DNA of 64,000 bases from a virus. Shown in pieces: positions 38,011 through 48,814 of the stretch. Every line of letters starts with the position of its first letter. Position 1 is the first letter of the stretch. The DNA lies in the IMG/VR virus record IMGVR_UViG_3300022937_000008, positions 50,292-114,291 of that record; one strand, written 5' to 3'. A program made the position numbers and the translations under genes. The notes under the pieces were generated by a model. The model saw only the letters and a list, made by a program, of their open reading frames with translations. It was not told the origin of the DNA and did no database searches.

Positions 38011-41000
38011 TTACCTCGAATTGTTTTTATCGAAGGATCTGTGGAACATTGCTTGTGCCAATATAGATCCTTGGACACCTGCTTCGTCACCAACAAATTT
38101 TGTTTTAACAGGAATTGTAACTCTAAGTCCTGCTGAGTTTCCAATTTCTCCTGGTCCTACTTTAACAGTACCAGCAATAAAGCTGGCTGTAAGCAAGTCA
38201 GCACCACCAACGTTCAATCTATTTTGTAGGTATGCTTTAATTGCTCTCTGTGTAGGAACAATATTATTTGAGTCTGCTGTGAATAGTGGGTCTGTCGAGA
38301 ATTCTCTAATAACAGTTCCAGTACCACCAACTCTAATACCACCTAGTGCAAGTTCTGTCAGTCCGTTTAGATCGAAGAAGTCTGCACTAATTGTAACAAT
38401 ACCAGTGGCCTGTTCAACAGCAAACAACTCACCAACTCTAAAGTTTCCTGATTGGTCAGTTGATGTATAGAACACTCTACCACCGTTCTGTTCAATAACT
38501 TCGTTTTCTGGATAACTTACATAGTTTCCTGAATATAATTCAGGATAGTTACTTTGTAAGAAGTTTCCAGTTCCAACATCTAAGAAATCGTGTCCTGTAA
38601 TTCTACAGTTTGAATATCTTAATCTAATTTCTACTGCGTTACCGTGGAAGTTACTTGGATCGTCCTCAATTTTTAACTCAGGTGTGACTCTAAGTCTAAG
38701 TGTAAACGTTCCGTTGGACTCTTCACTTTCTTTTTCAATTAACACAACTGTGTATAATTCAGGATTACCACTTAATCTTAACTGGGCACCTGGACCAATA
38801 ACTGTATTAATGTCACTAATTGTTAAGAATTTACCAACAGCAACAATATCAGCAAAACCATCACCTGTTACAGTAACTTGGGTGGTACTTGTTTTGTAAG
38901 CATTTCCTCTGTTTATCCAGCTAGGTTGTGCTAACACTCTATCACCCATTCTATTTAAATCTAATTCTAAATCACCTGTGTTGTTAGGATCAACAATTGT
39001 AAATGTCGGAGGTGCAGCATAACCACTACCTGGCTCCCACAATCTTACTTCACTAATTCTACCACCACCAACTACAACTCTACCTAATGCTCTAGCACCT
39101 GTGTAGAAACGTTTGTGTGTAAATGTGATATCTCTACTAATTAATATCCATTGACCTTTTCTGTTATCGCCGCCATCGTCTGTTGTAACATCTGGATTAC
39201 CAAATGCAACTGGTCCCCAGTAGCCGTTGTCAACAACAGATTTAAGTTCCCAATTAATTCCATCATATGATTGATAGATATAATTTACAGGTCCTGCTGT
39301 TGGATCATCTCCTGAAATATCAACGCCGCCTGTATCCATAGTAGCTATAAACATACCGCCACCAAATTTTAGATCACGCCATGTCATTCTAGTTGATCCA
39401 TCCGGTGTAGGCATTGTGCCTGGATACCAAAAATCTCCATCAAAGCTGTAAGCAATATCACCAAATTCTGAAATAGCAACAAATCTATTGTTACCATATG
39501 CGATCTTAATCCAGTCTTTCTGTGAACTGTCTGCAATAACATCCATGATCACAGGAGTTTCCCATGTAAATGTATCTGTTACTGAATCATATGCACCTGA
39601 AACTGCAAAGTTATTACTTTGAGCAACTGCAACAAATTTTCCTTTACCATAAGCAACTGATTTCCATTGGTTAATTGTAGAATCACCAAATGCTGGAATG
39701 TTTGCAGCGGTATAATTAATACCGTCTGTACTGTAACAAGCATTGTTTCCATCACTTGCTACAGCAACATAAACTCCGCCGCCACTAGTGATTGATTCCC
39801 AATTAGCACTTGCTGGTAATGCTTTGATTCCCCATGTATTTCCGTCTAATGTATATGCAAGATTATTACTTCCATATTTTACAGTAGCAAGTACATAGTT
39901 TCCGCTTAATGCGTGACCGCCTGTTATACTAATCCAATTACCTGTTGAAGGTAAATTATTTGTTGTCCAAGTAGTACCGTCTTTAGATATGTTAGCGGTA
40001 TTACCAATTGCCGACACTACACAGAATATTCCGCTTGTAGCAGTTCCTGCATATTCAAATGTTACAATTTCGTTGATACTATCGTCACTTGTTGATAATA
40101 CAGTAATTACAAGATCGTTATCAGGTGAAACACCTCCTAGATCTGTACCAGGAATAGTAATTGTATCGCCTGTTGTATAACCTGCGCCTCTTCCTCTAAT
40201 GGTTACAGTATAGTATTTTCCGCTTCTCTTAACATCCCAAGATGCAGTTGCAGGTAAAACATCAATTGTTGAACCATTTTGATCACCTGTTCCTGTAATA
40301 CTTGTGTATGTAAATGTAGTTTCGTTATATGCTATTGAAGACCATTGTGTACCAGCGTCAAGTGTAATATTTTCCTGTGAAAATTCTGGTGCTGAAAATG
40401 TAAGTCTTGGTTCAATCAAGTATCTAGCACTAGTGGTTAAACTAGTTTTAATAGGATAACCTGGAATTACATGATCCCATCCTGGTTCACCTGTTGATTC
40501 TTTTACAACATTTAATACTTTAGTTGTTGTATTGTAAGAAGCAACTTTTCCGTACTGTCCTGTACCGTCACCTGATGTAATAATAATTCTACAACCTAAC
40601 AAATATGCTTCTTCATTATCATCGTTAGTTGCAAGAGTTATTGATGTTTCATCGCCAGACTGTGCTTGGTTACCAACTTGAATATAACCGCCACCGCCAG
40701 CTGCTCCTGAACTTGCGCCTGTTACAATTCTTGCTTCGAATAATGAATCATCTCTAAATTCTTCTTGAATGACTTCAGCGTTTGTACCAGAACCAATTAC
40801 AGTATACTCAGCAGTTGTATAATTTTGTCCACAGTTTGTATATTCGAATAATAAAATTTCATCATTTACTTCACCTGCAAATGCTGAAGCAATTTTAGCG
40901 TGTTCTGTTCTTCCGTTAACTGTTGCAGTAAGTGGTGTTTCTGAAGGATCATTACCATCAGCTAATGCACCAATATAACCATAAGAGTTGTTACCGTTTG

Positions 41001-43611
41001 TTGCACGAATTGTTCCACCAGTTTCTGCTAGATATCCAACCTGTGAGTAATATGTAAACACAGAAACAAGTTCTGCTCTACCATTATTTAAAACATGGGC
41101 ACCAATACCGTCACTGATAACCTGTGTAAAGTCGTTGGACACCATTGACTTGTAGCCACCGTTGTGTAATGAACCGTCAATTTTTTGACCTGTACAGTTA
41201 TCGCCAAACGTTGTTACGTTTTGAATATATGGTGAGCGTGTTGCAATCCAACATTTTTCATCAGCTGGTCCCCAGCCTGGATCAAGTGAACAATATGCAG
41301 GCCCTGTTGGTCTTTGATATAAATCAAATACGTTAGGTGGATTTAGTGTACCTGTTAAATTTTTAACTGTTAAATTTCTAACGCCTGTTGCATCTCTGCA
41401 ATAGAACATATCTTCTCTTTGAGATCCATTAATTTGATTAGCATAGTATCTTGATTCAAGAATAGTTCTATAATTTCCTGTATATCTTAAATCATAAACA
41501 AAAGCATCTACATAACGTTGTACGTCTTCAACATAAAGTGCTTCTGGATATCCAGTATAATCTGGATAATTTACCTTCATGTATGCGTTAACTTCGTGTG
41601 CCAAGAACTTAGCATTTGCACCAATTGCTCTAGCACCATTAATTCTAGCACTATCGCTACTTAGATCATTAGTTCCTGTTACGTCTACATCTGTTCCTAC
41701 AGAATTAATATGGAAGTTAACGTAATCAATAAAGTCTGTTACTCTATTATCTATTTGATTTGCTGTTGCATCATCGCCATAGATCGGAACATCATCATAA
41801 ATTGGTTGTCCAGGCTGAATAATTTCTCCGCCTTCGCCAACAACTGCTGCTGTGTATTCTCCTGAAAATACAGAGTCGATAACATACACTTGTTCTTCTT
41901 CGTTGCCTGCTGTTCTTGTAACTGAATTGTTTAGAATAATTGTTCTGGCGACGTTCTTCAAATGATTTAATGCTGCAAATCTATATACTGTATCACCTGA
42001 TAAAGCAGTATTAGCTTCATTTGGTCTAACAGTAGTTGAACGTAATTCGTCACCTAACAATGAAGTTTTTGCTGGAATAATAAGTGGAAGAATTTCTGTA
42101 TAATCACCAGTGCTTAATTTAACTGTAGTAGTTCCAGTGTATTCATCATTTGCACGTTCTAGTGCATATCTAATAGTTTTTAAAGGTTTAAATGGATCAA
42201 TACCTGCATTTGGATTGTCTCTATCGTCAACACCATTATAAGGATCTACATAGAAAAATCTAGACGATAAACCAAATTTATCATATCCAAGTGTTTGTTC
42301 TGATTGTACTGTTAATAATTCGTCTTGGTTACCAATTGGCACGTTTGCTGCACCAAGTGTACTTTGGTCACCGGCTAATGTTCTTGTTAAACCATAAGTT
42401 AACAAGTCTCCAGGGTTGATCATACCAATTTGATCATCACCTAAGAGTAATACATCCCAATATACAAATCCTGACCCGTTGTCTCCAGGAAAATTTTCGG
42501 CTGTAGCTTCGTGTTCATAGTTACATGAATATGCAGTACCTCTGTAAATAATAACATCATTTACAGCATAAACTGTACCTTGTACCCAAGAACCTTTCCA
42601 TGCCTGGCTTTCTACAACAACTTCCCAGTTACCTGCATCTAAATAATCTAAACTCGAACCGTCATCTGTTGAATCAAGTAACGCAATATAAAGATTGCCG
42701 CCTCGTTGCACAACATCACCTGTTTTATAATTACCAGATGCTGCCCAAGGGCCTCTTAAATTAAATCCTTTTTCAATAATAGCCCAGTAAGTACCACCAT
42801 CTGGTTGATAAATTGAGTCACCTGGTGTTCTACCATAGCTATTTGCCGACGCTCTATAAACATATCCGCCGTGCTGTACAACATCACCAATTGCATAGTA
42901 AGTTGTTGAATCCCATGTTCCTTTAAGTTTATGTCCAGCGATATAAACTGTAAAGTTTGAATCTGTAATTGACGATCCAGAGACGTGTCCAATCAACACT
43001 CTCATTAAAGTGCCGCCGTATTCTACGATATCGTTGGCTTTATATTTTGTATCTGAAGCCCATTCGCCTGCATAGTGAATATTTGTGTATGCAGTACCCC
43101 ATTTTACTTGATCTAATTCTAAACCTTCTGCTGTTGTAGCAGCTGATGTATGACCTGTAATACATCTATAAACAATACCATTGTATCTAACTTGATCGCC
43201 AACACCGTATCTTGTTGATGTAGCCCAATCACCTTTCCACCCTACTGCCTGAGCAATAACTGTCCAGTCAGAAAGGTTATCGTCAAAATAAGTTCCGCTA
43301 GTATGTGCAGTTCCGACAAGCCAAACGTTACCACCATAGGATACTACTTCGCCTGGGAAGTAATCGGTAGCTGTTGCCCAACTTCCTCTATAATAAACAC
43401 CGTCGGTGTGCTTTTTCCATGCTGGTTGTGATACAGTGTCACCTGGTGGAACAAATGTAAAATCTGCATTGAAATTACTTGAAGTATGCTGTCTAATACA
43501 AATCCAAGAACTACCTGCGTATAATACAACATCATCTTTGTTATATGATGTAGAGGTAGCCCAGTTGCTTCTCCAGGTATACCTAATTCTGCTTATCTTA
43601 AACTCTGCCAT
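38011..43611 (-). CDS. Giant virion structural/fibre protein (1866 aa), paralogue of 30431-37978
   Basis: MAEFKISRIR start, seven CBM-like repeats, near-identical VSNDFTQVISDGIGA..NNGRAELVSVFTYY and GGRVFYTSTDQ.GNFRVG blocks. Confidence 0.85.
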   Translation of the reverse strand: MAEFKISRIRYTWRSNWATSTSYNKDDVVLYAGSSWICIRQHTSSNFNADFTFVPPGDTVSQPAWKKHTDGVYYRGSWATATDYFPGEVVSYGGNVWLVGTAHTSGTYFDDNLSDWTVIAQAVGWKGDWATSTRYGVGDQVRYNGIVYRCITGHTSAATTAEGLELDQVKWGTAYTNIHYAGEWASDTKYKANDIVEYGGTLMRVLIGHVSGSSITDSNFTVYIAGHKLKGTWDSTTYYAIGDVVQHGGYVYRASANSYGRTPGDSIYQPDGGTYWAIIEKGFNLRGPWAASGNYKTGDVVQRGGNLYIALLDSTDDGSSLDYLDAGNWEVVVESQAWKGSWVQGTVYAVNDVIIYRGTAYSCNYEHEATAENFPGDNGSGFVYWDVLLLGDDQIGMINPGDLLTYGLTRTLAGDQSTLGAANVPIGNQDELLTVQSEQTLGYDKFGLSSRFFYVDPYNGVDDRDNPNAGIDPFKPLKTIRYALERANDEYTGTTTVKLSTGDYTEILPLIIPAKTSLLGDELRSTTVRPNEANTALSGDTVYRFAALNHLKNVARTIILNNSVTRTAGNEEEQVYVIDSVFSGEYTAAVVGEGGEIIQPGQPIYDDVPIYGDDATANQIDNRVTDFIDYVNFHINSVGTDVDVTGTNDLSSDSARINGARAIGANAKFLAHEVNAYMKVNYPDYTGYPEALYVEDVQRYVDAFVYDLRYTGNYRTILESRYYANQINGSQREDMFYCRDATGVRNLTVKNLTGTLNPPNVFDLYQRPTGPAYCSLDPGWGPADEKCWIATRSPYIQNVTTFGDNCTGQKIDGSLHNGGYKSMVSNDFTQVISDGIGAHVLNNGRAELVSVFTYYSQVGYLAETGGTIRATNGNNSYGYIGALADGNDPSETPLTATVNGRTEHAKIASAFAGEVNDEILLFEYTNCGQNYTTAEYTVIGSGTNAEVIQEEFRDDSLFEARIVTGASSGAAGGGGYIQVGNQAQSGDETSITLATNDDNEEAYLLGCRIIITSGDGTGQYGKVASYNTTTKVLNVVKESTGEPGWDHVIPGYPIKTSLTTSARYLIEPRLTFSAPEFSQENITLDAGTQWSSIAYNETTFTYTSITGTGDQNGSTIDVLPATASWDVKRSGKYYTVTIRGRGAGYTTGDTITIPGTDLGGVSPDNDLVITVLSTSDDSINEIVTFEYAGTATSGIFCVVSAIGNTANISKDGTTWTTNNLPSTGNWISITGGHALSGNYVLATVKYGSNNLAYTLDGNTWGIKALPASANWESITSGGGVYVAVASDGNNACYSTDGINYTAANIPAFGDSTINQWKSVAYGKGKFVAVAQSNNFAVSGAYDSVTDTFTWETPVIMDVIADSSQKDWIKIAYGNNRFVAISEFGDIAYSFDGDFWYPGTMPTPDGSTRMTWRDLKFGGGMFIATMDTGGVDISGDDPTAGPVNYIYQSYDGINWELKSVVDNGYWGPVAFGNPDVTTDDGGDNRKGQWILISRDITFTHKRFYTGARALGRVVVGGGRISEVRLWEPGSGYAAPPTFTIVDPNNTGDLELDLNRMGDRVLAQPSWINRGNAYKTSTTQVTVTGDGFADIVAVGKFLTISDINTVIGPGAQLRLSGNPELYTVVLIEKESEESNGTFTLRLRVTPELKIEDDPSNFHGNAVEIRLRYSNCRITGHDFLDVGTGNFLQSNYPELYSGNYVSYPENEVIEQNGGRVFYTSTDQSGNFRVGELFAVEQATGIVTISADFFDLNGLTELALGGIRVGGTGTVIREFSTDPLFTADSNNIVPTQRAIKAYLQNRLNVGGADLLTASFIAGTVKVGPGEIGNSAGLRVTIPVKTKFVGDEAGVQGSILAQAMFHRSFDKNNSR

Positions 43612-43621
43612 ATCTTATATC

Positions 43622-43993
43622 CTAACCGTTTGATGAATGTCCTGTTGGATATTCATAGTTTTGATTAATTCTTTGTACTAACATACCTTCGTTGTCTACA
43701 TAATAAAGTATACTTCTTTCATCCCAACGATATTGTGTATAATACATATTTGTATAATTTTGTTCATGATCTGCTGCAATTCCGTCAAAGAAATCAACAC
43801 CTGGTTCAAAATCTTCAAATGTGTCTTCTGGTGCTCCTGGAAGGTTAATATCAATAGTATCTTTGTCTTTTAAATTATCAACACGTCTTAGATATAATTC
43901 ACCATCTGCATTTCTGCGAATAGCATAGAAATATCTAGGACTGTCTCCTAATCCTCTTTCAGGATCTTGACCAAAGTAATAAGGACTCGCCAT
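43622..43993 (-). CDS. Hypothetical virion-module protein
   Basis: TAATG-coupled within the structural operon. Confidence 0.7.
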   Translation of the reverse strand: MASPYYFGQDPERGLGDSPRYFYAIRRNADGELYLRRVDNLKDKDTIDINLPGAPEDTFEDFEPGVDFFDGIAADHEQNYTNMYYTQYRWDERSILYYVDNEGMLVQRINQNYEYPTGHSSNG

Positions 43994-44325
43994 TATGAAA
44001 TCTCCACGTAACTGACAGTAGCATCAACACTGTCGTCTGTATCAGATGCAATTCTTAAACCGGCAGTAGCAGGCAAAACTAATCTTTCACCTTGTGTAAT
44101 AACCTTAGCACTCGACCCCGGAGGAATCGGTACCTGTCTAACATAATTTCCTTGAGTAGAGTTTTCATCAACTACATAAACATCTACAAGAACTGTGTCA
44201 TAATCTGACGTGTTAGCAAGGTTACAACCAATTATTGTAGCTCTAACACCTTCTGGAATCTGTACGATATCAACCGGTGTTGTTCCTACTTGTGTTACCA
44301 CTGACTGTTTAAATACTGTTGGCAT
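43993..44325 (-). CDS. Small beta-rich virion structural protein
   Basis: ATIIGCNLAN, IPPGSS, VSYVEIS. Confidence 0.7.
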   Translation of the reverse strand: MPTVFKQSVVTQVGTTPVDIVQIPEGVRATIIGCNLANTSDYDTVLVDVYVVDENSTQGNYVRQVPIPPGSSAKVITQGERLVLPATAGLRIASDTDDSVDATVSYVEIS

Positions 44326-44331
44326 CTTTCT

Positions 44332-45396
44332 TTATCCTAACATTAATGCAAATGATGCTGCAATGTCATTTGCTGTAATTTCAGAAACAGCACCTGAAGC
44401 ACCTGCTGGTGAACTCCATGCAGCGCCGTCCCAAGTTTCCAACGCCTTAGACGTTGTGTTATATCTTGTCATACCTAATACTGCATAAGCAGTAGGTCTT
44501 TCTGCATCAGTTCCTCTTGGAGGAACAAATCCGTTGTTTGTATCAATTCTAAAATAACCAGTACCTGTTTGTGCAATTTGTGTAATTGCATTATTAGAAA
44601 CGTTAGTAATTGTGTTGTCAACAATTTCAAAGTTTCCTAATCTAACACCGCCTGCGCCTGCGCCGTCAATGTATAAATCTAATCCTGGTTGAGTTGTTAT
44701 TTCGTTATTTCTAAATATTAAATTTCCGATATCAAGTGTCGGAACATTCAATGTGTCTGCATATAAATCGCCAACGTGTACTGTTAACCATCTTTGTGTT
44801 GCTGAGCCTAAACTGTAAGTTAAGTTTGTTTCTGGAATTAAATCAGAAGCAATACTTGCATTAAAAATAATTTCGTCTGTTAGTGCATCACCAATGGTGA
44901 TGTTTCCGCCTAGTGTGATGTTTCCGTCTGCATTGATGCTTCCTGTAACATATAAGTTACCGTCAATATTGGTGCTTGAAAATACTTCTAGTGTTCCTGA
45001 AGCGTTAGGGCGAATTTCTAAATTAACATTACTGTTAATGGTTGAAATTACATTGTTATGAATTTCAATATCATCAACTTGTAATTTAGAATTGTAAACT
45101 ACTGGGTCTGATCCTGAAGGTGCAAAAGATAACGTAGTATCACTTGAAATAGTGTTACCGGTAAAATGAAGATTACCAACGTCAAGTTGATTATCTACTG
45201 TTAGTGTTGTTGATCTTGTTGTTCCTGAAACGTGTAAATCAGTCGATGGCGAAGAAGTGTTTACACCTACACGAGCGTTGTTTACATCTAGGTATAATAT
45301 GTCAGGGTCTGTTGCTCCATTTCTAAAGGTTAAATCCACACCATCACGTATGAGATTTGCCTTTAAGAGCGGCCCACTGATACGTCCAACTGCCAT
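44332..45396 (-). CDS. Virion structural protein (baseplate/fibre-like)
   Basis: True start ATG 45396 (MAVGRISGPLLK) with SD AAGGAG; repeated N.I.T modules; PRGTDAERP..GMTRYNT. Confidence 0.8.
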   Translation of the reverse strand: MAVGRISGPLLKANLIRDGVDLTFRNGATDPDILYLDVNNARVGVNTSSPSTDLHVSGTTRSTTLTVDNQLDVGNLHFTGNTISSDTTLSFAPSGSDPVVYNSKLQVDDIEIHNNVISTINSNVNLEIRPNASGTLEVFSSTNIDGNLYVTGSINADGNITLGGNITIGDALTDEIIFNASIASDLIPETNLTYSLGSATQRWLTVHVGDLYADTLNVPTLDIGNLIFRNNEITTQPGLDLYIDGAGAGGVRLGNFEIVDNTITNVSNNAITQIAQTGTGYFRIDTNNGFVPPRGTDAERPTAYAVLGMTRYNTTSKALETWDGAAWSSPAGASGAVSEITANDIAASFALMLG

Positions 45397-45492
45397 TTGC
45401 TCTCCTTTACACGGGGATCCTGTCCCTCCAACTACCTTACATTGCGAGTTGACCACAGTAATAGATCAACGCATGGACTACGTTGACAATTG
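45397..45492 (-). ncRNA. Candidate structured cis-regulatory RNA (late 5' UTR)
   Basis: Between TAAATA 45493-45498 and the SD; 8-bp hairpin UCAACGUA/UGCGUUGA whose loop GUCC can pair with downstream GGAC; alternative helices. Confidence 0.5.
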
Positions 45493-45512
45493 TATTTATG
45501 CCAAAAGGAGAA

Positions 45513-46883
45513 TTACCCTAACATTAGGTCATATACGACAGCTAATTGTTCCATTAATGGTTCGTTTACTTCTTCACCACCACCTGTTGAACGTCTATAT
45601 CCGTCGCCAGTTTGAGACCCTACTGTGATAGTAATATCGTTGAGTGGACTAGCACCACCTACAAACACAGTTCCTGGTATTAGTAGAGTATCGCCTACGT
45701 TGTAGCCAACACCTTTAGTTGTTATTTCTATAGATAATACTCCGCTTACTAGAGTAAATCTAAAATCTGCACCTGTACCAATACCTGATGTGCTTATTTG
45801 TGATACTGGGTATTGAATCTGATCTGCAAGTCCTGATAATCCACCAGTAAATGATACATTATCAATTTCACCAGCAAATGCTTCTAAATATTGTCTATCT
45901 GTGTTCCAACGTAGATCAGCAAGTTCAGGTTTACTAGGTCTTGATGCGTCACCGCCTCCTGGTATCCTAACTGCATTTGTACCCATAAATCTAAGATAGC
46001 CTGCACCTGTACTTCCAAATTTAAGTGGAGTAGTTCCGTTTAAATTTGTAATGTCGTTTGCTTGCCATTTAGTGTCTTCAATAAATGTAATACCTGTATC
46101 TGGATTTAATTCTACAAAGTCATCAGATTGTGCTCCAAATATTTCATTTGTTACACCATTAATATATAACTGATCACTTACCAATGAAGAGTAAGGTCTA
46201 TTAGTAACTACGTTTGTTAAATCTGGGGTGTGTAGTGATAGCCATTTTCTTGCTGTACTATCATTCGCTTGTTGTCCTAGCTCGTGTGTTAGATCTTTTC
46301 CAGGAAGAATATCTTGTGTTAGGTCTGGGTTGATAACAATAACATCAATTTCTTCATCTCCAAGTATAACTGTTCCTGCTGTTGTTAAATCGCCATCAAT
46401 GGTGATGTTTCCTGTAACAGCAAGATCACCATAGATATTTGTATTAGCAGTAACATCAACAGTTCCTGTTCCACTAGCTTGTAAGGTAACTGAAGAATTT
46501 GAATCTAAAGTTCCTATAATGTTATCAGTAAAATATAATTCGTCCGACTCTAGTCTATCAAAGTAATATGTTCCTGTATCAGAAATATTAAGTTGATTAA
46601 TATATAAAGGACCTACAATAGTAGAAATAGTTCCGTTAGATCTAATAATGATATTATCTAATTTAGAATAATCATCAACTGATACATCAGTTGAACGAAT
46701 ATCTGTCGAAATGTCTAAATCAAAATATGGAGCGTCATTCCTAATACCAACTTTGCCGTCGGTAACACTTAGGTATAATAGAGAGGTAGAGTCAAATGTT
46801 GTGTTAGAGAATTTAAGATCAACGTTGTCTCTTTTTAGGTTTTGCTCTAATAAGTGGCCGCCAATTCGCCCTAATTGTGCCAT
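45513..46883 (-). CDS. Virion structural protein, paralogue of 44332-45396
   Basis: MAQLGRIGGHLLEQNL.R versus MAVGRISGPLLKANL.R; both end (L/D)LMLG-like. Confidence 0.8.
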   Translation of the reverse strand: MAQLGRIGGHLLEQNLKRDNVDLKFSNTTFDSTSLLYLSVTDGKVGIRNDAPYFDLDISTDIRSTDVSVDDYSKLDNIIIRSNGTISTIVGPLYINQLNISDTGTYYFDRLESDELYFTDNIIGTLDSNSSVTLQASGTGTVDVTANTNIYGDLAVTGNITIDGDLTTAGTVILGDEEIDVIVINPDLTQDILPGKDLTHELGQQANDSTARKWLSLHTPDLTNVVTNRPYSSLVSDQLYINGVTNEIFGAQSDDFVELNPDTGITFIEDTKWQANDITNLNGTTPLKFGSTGAGYLRFMGTNAVRIPGGGDASRPSKPELADLRWNTDRQYLEAFAGEIDNVSFTGGLSGLADQIQYPVSQISTSGIGTGADFRFTLVSGVLSIEITTKGVGYNVGDTLLIPGTVFVGGASPLNDITITVGSQTGDGYRRSTGGGEEVNEPLMEQLAVVYDLMLG

Positions 46884-46893
46884 TTAAAACTCC

Positions 46894-47439
46894 TTAGTTT
46901 GCAAATCCAAAGAACATTGTTACATATTTGCTGTAAGGTATTGGACTTGTAAACTTTAAATACCATCCATCTGCATATGGTGCGCCTGGACCGGTTAAAC
47001 TTCCGCTTGTGCTTTGTTCTAGTGTAAAGTTTGTTGTAGGAATTTGCATGACATTTTCTACTAAAACAATTATGTTATTAGCACTAGAAGGAATGTTTGC
47101 TAAAGGACCAAAGACTGTTTCTGTAGCATCTCCTGGTCCAAATGATTCGATGGAAATTGCTGATGCTCCTGGAGCTCTAATAGTTTCCCAAGTGCCATTA
47201 ATGTAGCCTTCAAACGAATCTGTATCTGTATTAAATCTTAAATAACCATTTCCAGGATAAGTTGAATTACCATCTGCTGGTTGTCTTACCGCAGTTACGT
47301 CAGGACGCTGTGCTTGTGATCCTTTAGGAACCATTACTGCTCCATTAAAATCCATCACAGCACGACCGTGTGCGTTTACCTGAAAGGTATTATCACTAGG
47401 ACTATACTTCGATGTATTCTGTGACTTTAAAAATTTCAT
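46894..47439 (-). CDS. Virion structural protein
   Basis: VPKGSQAQRP, GYLRFNT..FEGY, IIVLVENVMQIP. Confidence 0.75.
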   Translation of the reverse strand: MKFLKSQNTSKYSPSDNTFQVNAHGRAVMDFNGAVMVPKGSQAQRPDVTAVRQPADGNSTYPGNGYLRFNTDTDSFEGYINGTWETIRAPGASAISIESFGPGDATETVFGPLANIPSSANNIIVLVENVMQIPTTNFTLEQSTSGSLTGPGAPYADGWYLKFTSPIPYSKYVTMFFGFAN

Positions 47440-47448
47440 AGTCCTTCC

Positions 47449-47826
47449 TTAAACTGCAAGTGAACTAATTGTAGCAGTAACTAAACTTGCTGCACTAGTT
47501 CCAATCCAAATTTCATCACCGCTATCTAAAATAATTTTTTCATCGCTGAAAAATACAGTTTCGCCTGCAGGTATTGTAAGATTACTTACAATTAAATTAT
47601 CAGCTGCTGCGGTGTCACCACTTCTTACTAGATAGATATTAACAGCACAAGTATCTACTGACTCATCTGTAATATCAGGTGTTCCTGTATTACATAAAAT
47701 CATAGTTGTTATAGCTGTTGTTTGCCCTGTTACAGCACCCCCAATAGGAGCTCCTGTAGTTGACGCAGTGAAAACTTTGCTTGGTACAGTTATTGAAGAT
47801 CCAGTTAATTGTGTACTTGTTATCAT
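47449..47826 (-). CDS. Small beta-rich virion structural protein
   Basis: AITTMILCN, IPAGET..EKIIL..GD. Confidence 0.7.
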   Translation of the reverse strand: MITSTQLTGSSITVPSKVFTASTTGAPIGGAVTGQTTAITTMILCNTGTPDITDESVDTCAVNIYLVRSGDTAAADNLIVSNLTIPAGETVFFSDEKIILDSGDEIWIGTSAASLVTATISSLAV

Positions 47827-47835
47827 CGTTTTCCC

Positions 47836-48801
47836 TTAAAAAAGCATACTAAAGAGCAATGCTCTATTCTTACTTATTAATTCTCCAGTATCTGTTGAGT
47901 TAGTAAAGAACATACCTGTTTTTCCGACAGCAGGTTCGTTGCTATAAACAATAGTACTATCTACTACATACGCTGGAGTAACTGCAATTTTTTCTAGTTC
48001 AATACCGTAGTTTACTTGTAATTTACCAGTACCTTGAGTACGAACAAAAATATTTGCGTTTGTATCGTTATTAGTAATTTCGTTTCCCGAAAACTCTAAA
48101 CTTTGTATTGTAGTTCTGTTAGAATAAAATTGCGAGTTTAATACTCCGTCGACTAATACAGATACTGCACTTTCACCGAAAGAACTGTAACCAGTATTGT
48201 CAGTCAAATATGCTAAACTTCCTGACACATCTTTATCTGTAATAATAACTCTTGTGTTATCATCAATAATTTGGAAGGTCGGATTATCTCTAATTGAATC
48301 GTCTACATACTTTTTATTAGGTATGTCGTCATCATCAGTGATTTGCAATTCATAATTTAATGTTCCTAAAACTTTTACTACACCTGTACCTGTACCAATA
48401 AGTGTTAAGTCACCATCATCTGTTTCAGAATTAGTTAAAACTTTTCTAACACGAATTGCACTGTTGGCATAGTTAAATGTAGTTTCAGGTGAACCAAATG
48501 CAAAGTTAAAAGTATCATCGCTTTCGTTATAAACGATAGTTGCAGGAGTTTCGGTTCCTCTATCAATTTGAATACCTGAGTAACCTAGTGTTACTCCTGC
48601 ACCTGTTTCGCCATAGTTTAAAACTATGATGTTATCGTTTACATTTAGGTTTTCTGCTGATACAGTTAGTGTGTCACCTTCAACGACAAGGTTACCTGTA
48701 ACCTTTACTTCACCAATACCCGGACCTGTGTCGAATAAAATTTTATTCCCTTCACCGGTCTTGATTGTGTAATCGCCGTTAGTTTGTACGAACTGTGCCA
48801 T
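47836..48801 (-). CDS. Virion structural protein
   Basis: GNLVVEG, DNIIVLN.GETG.G, GIQIDRG, NKKYVD. Confidence 0.75.
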   Translation of the reverse strand: MAQFVQTNGDYTIKTGEGNKILFDTGPGIGEVKVTGNLVVEGDTLTVSAENLNVNDNIIVLNYGETGAGVTLGYSGIQIDRGTETPATIVYNESDDTFNFAFGSPETTFNYANSAIRVRKVLTNSETDDGDLTLIGTGTGVVKVLGTLNYELQITDDDDIPNKKYVDDSIRDNPTFQIIDDNTRVIITDKDVSGSLAYLTDNTGYSSFGESAVSVLVDGVLNSQFYSNRTTIQSLEFSGNEITNNDTNANIFVRTQGTGKLQVNYGIELEKIAVTPAYVVDSTIVYSNEPAVGKTGMFFTNSTDTGELISKNRALLFSMLF

Positions 48802-48814
48802 TATTCAGTACCTA

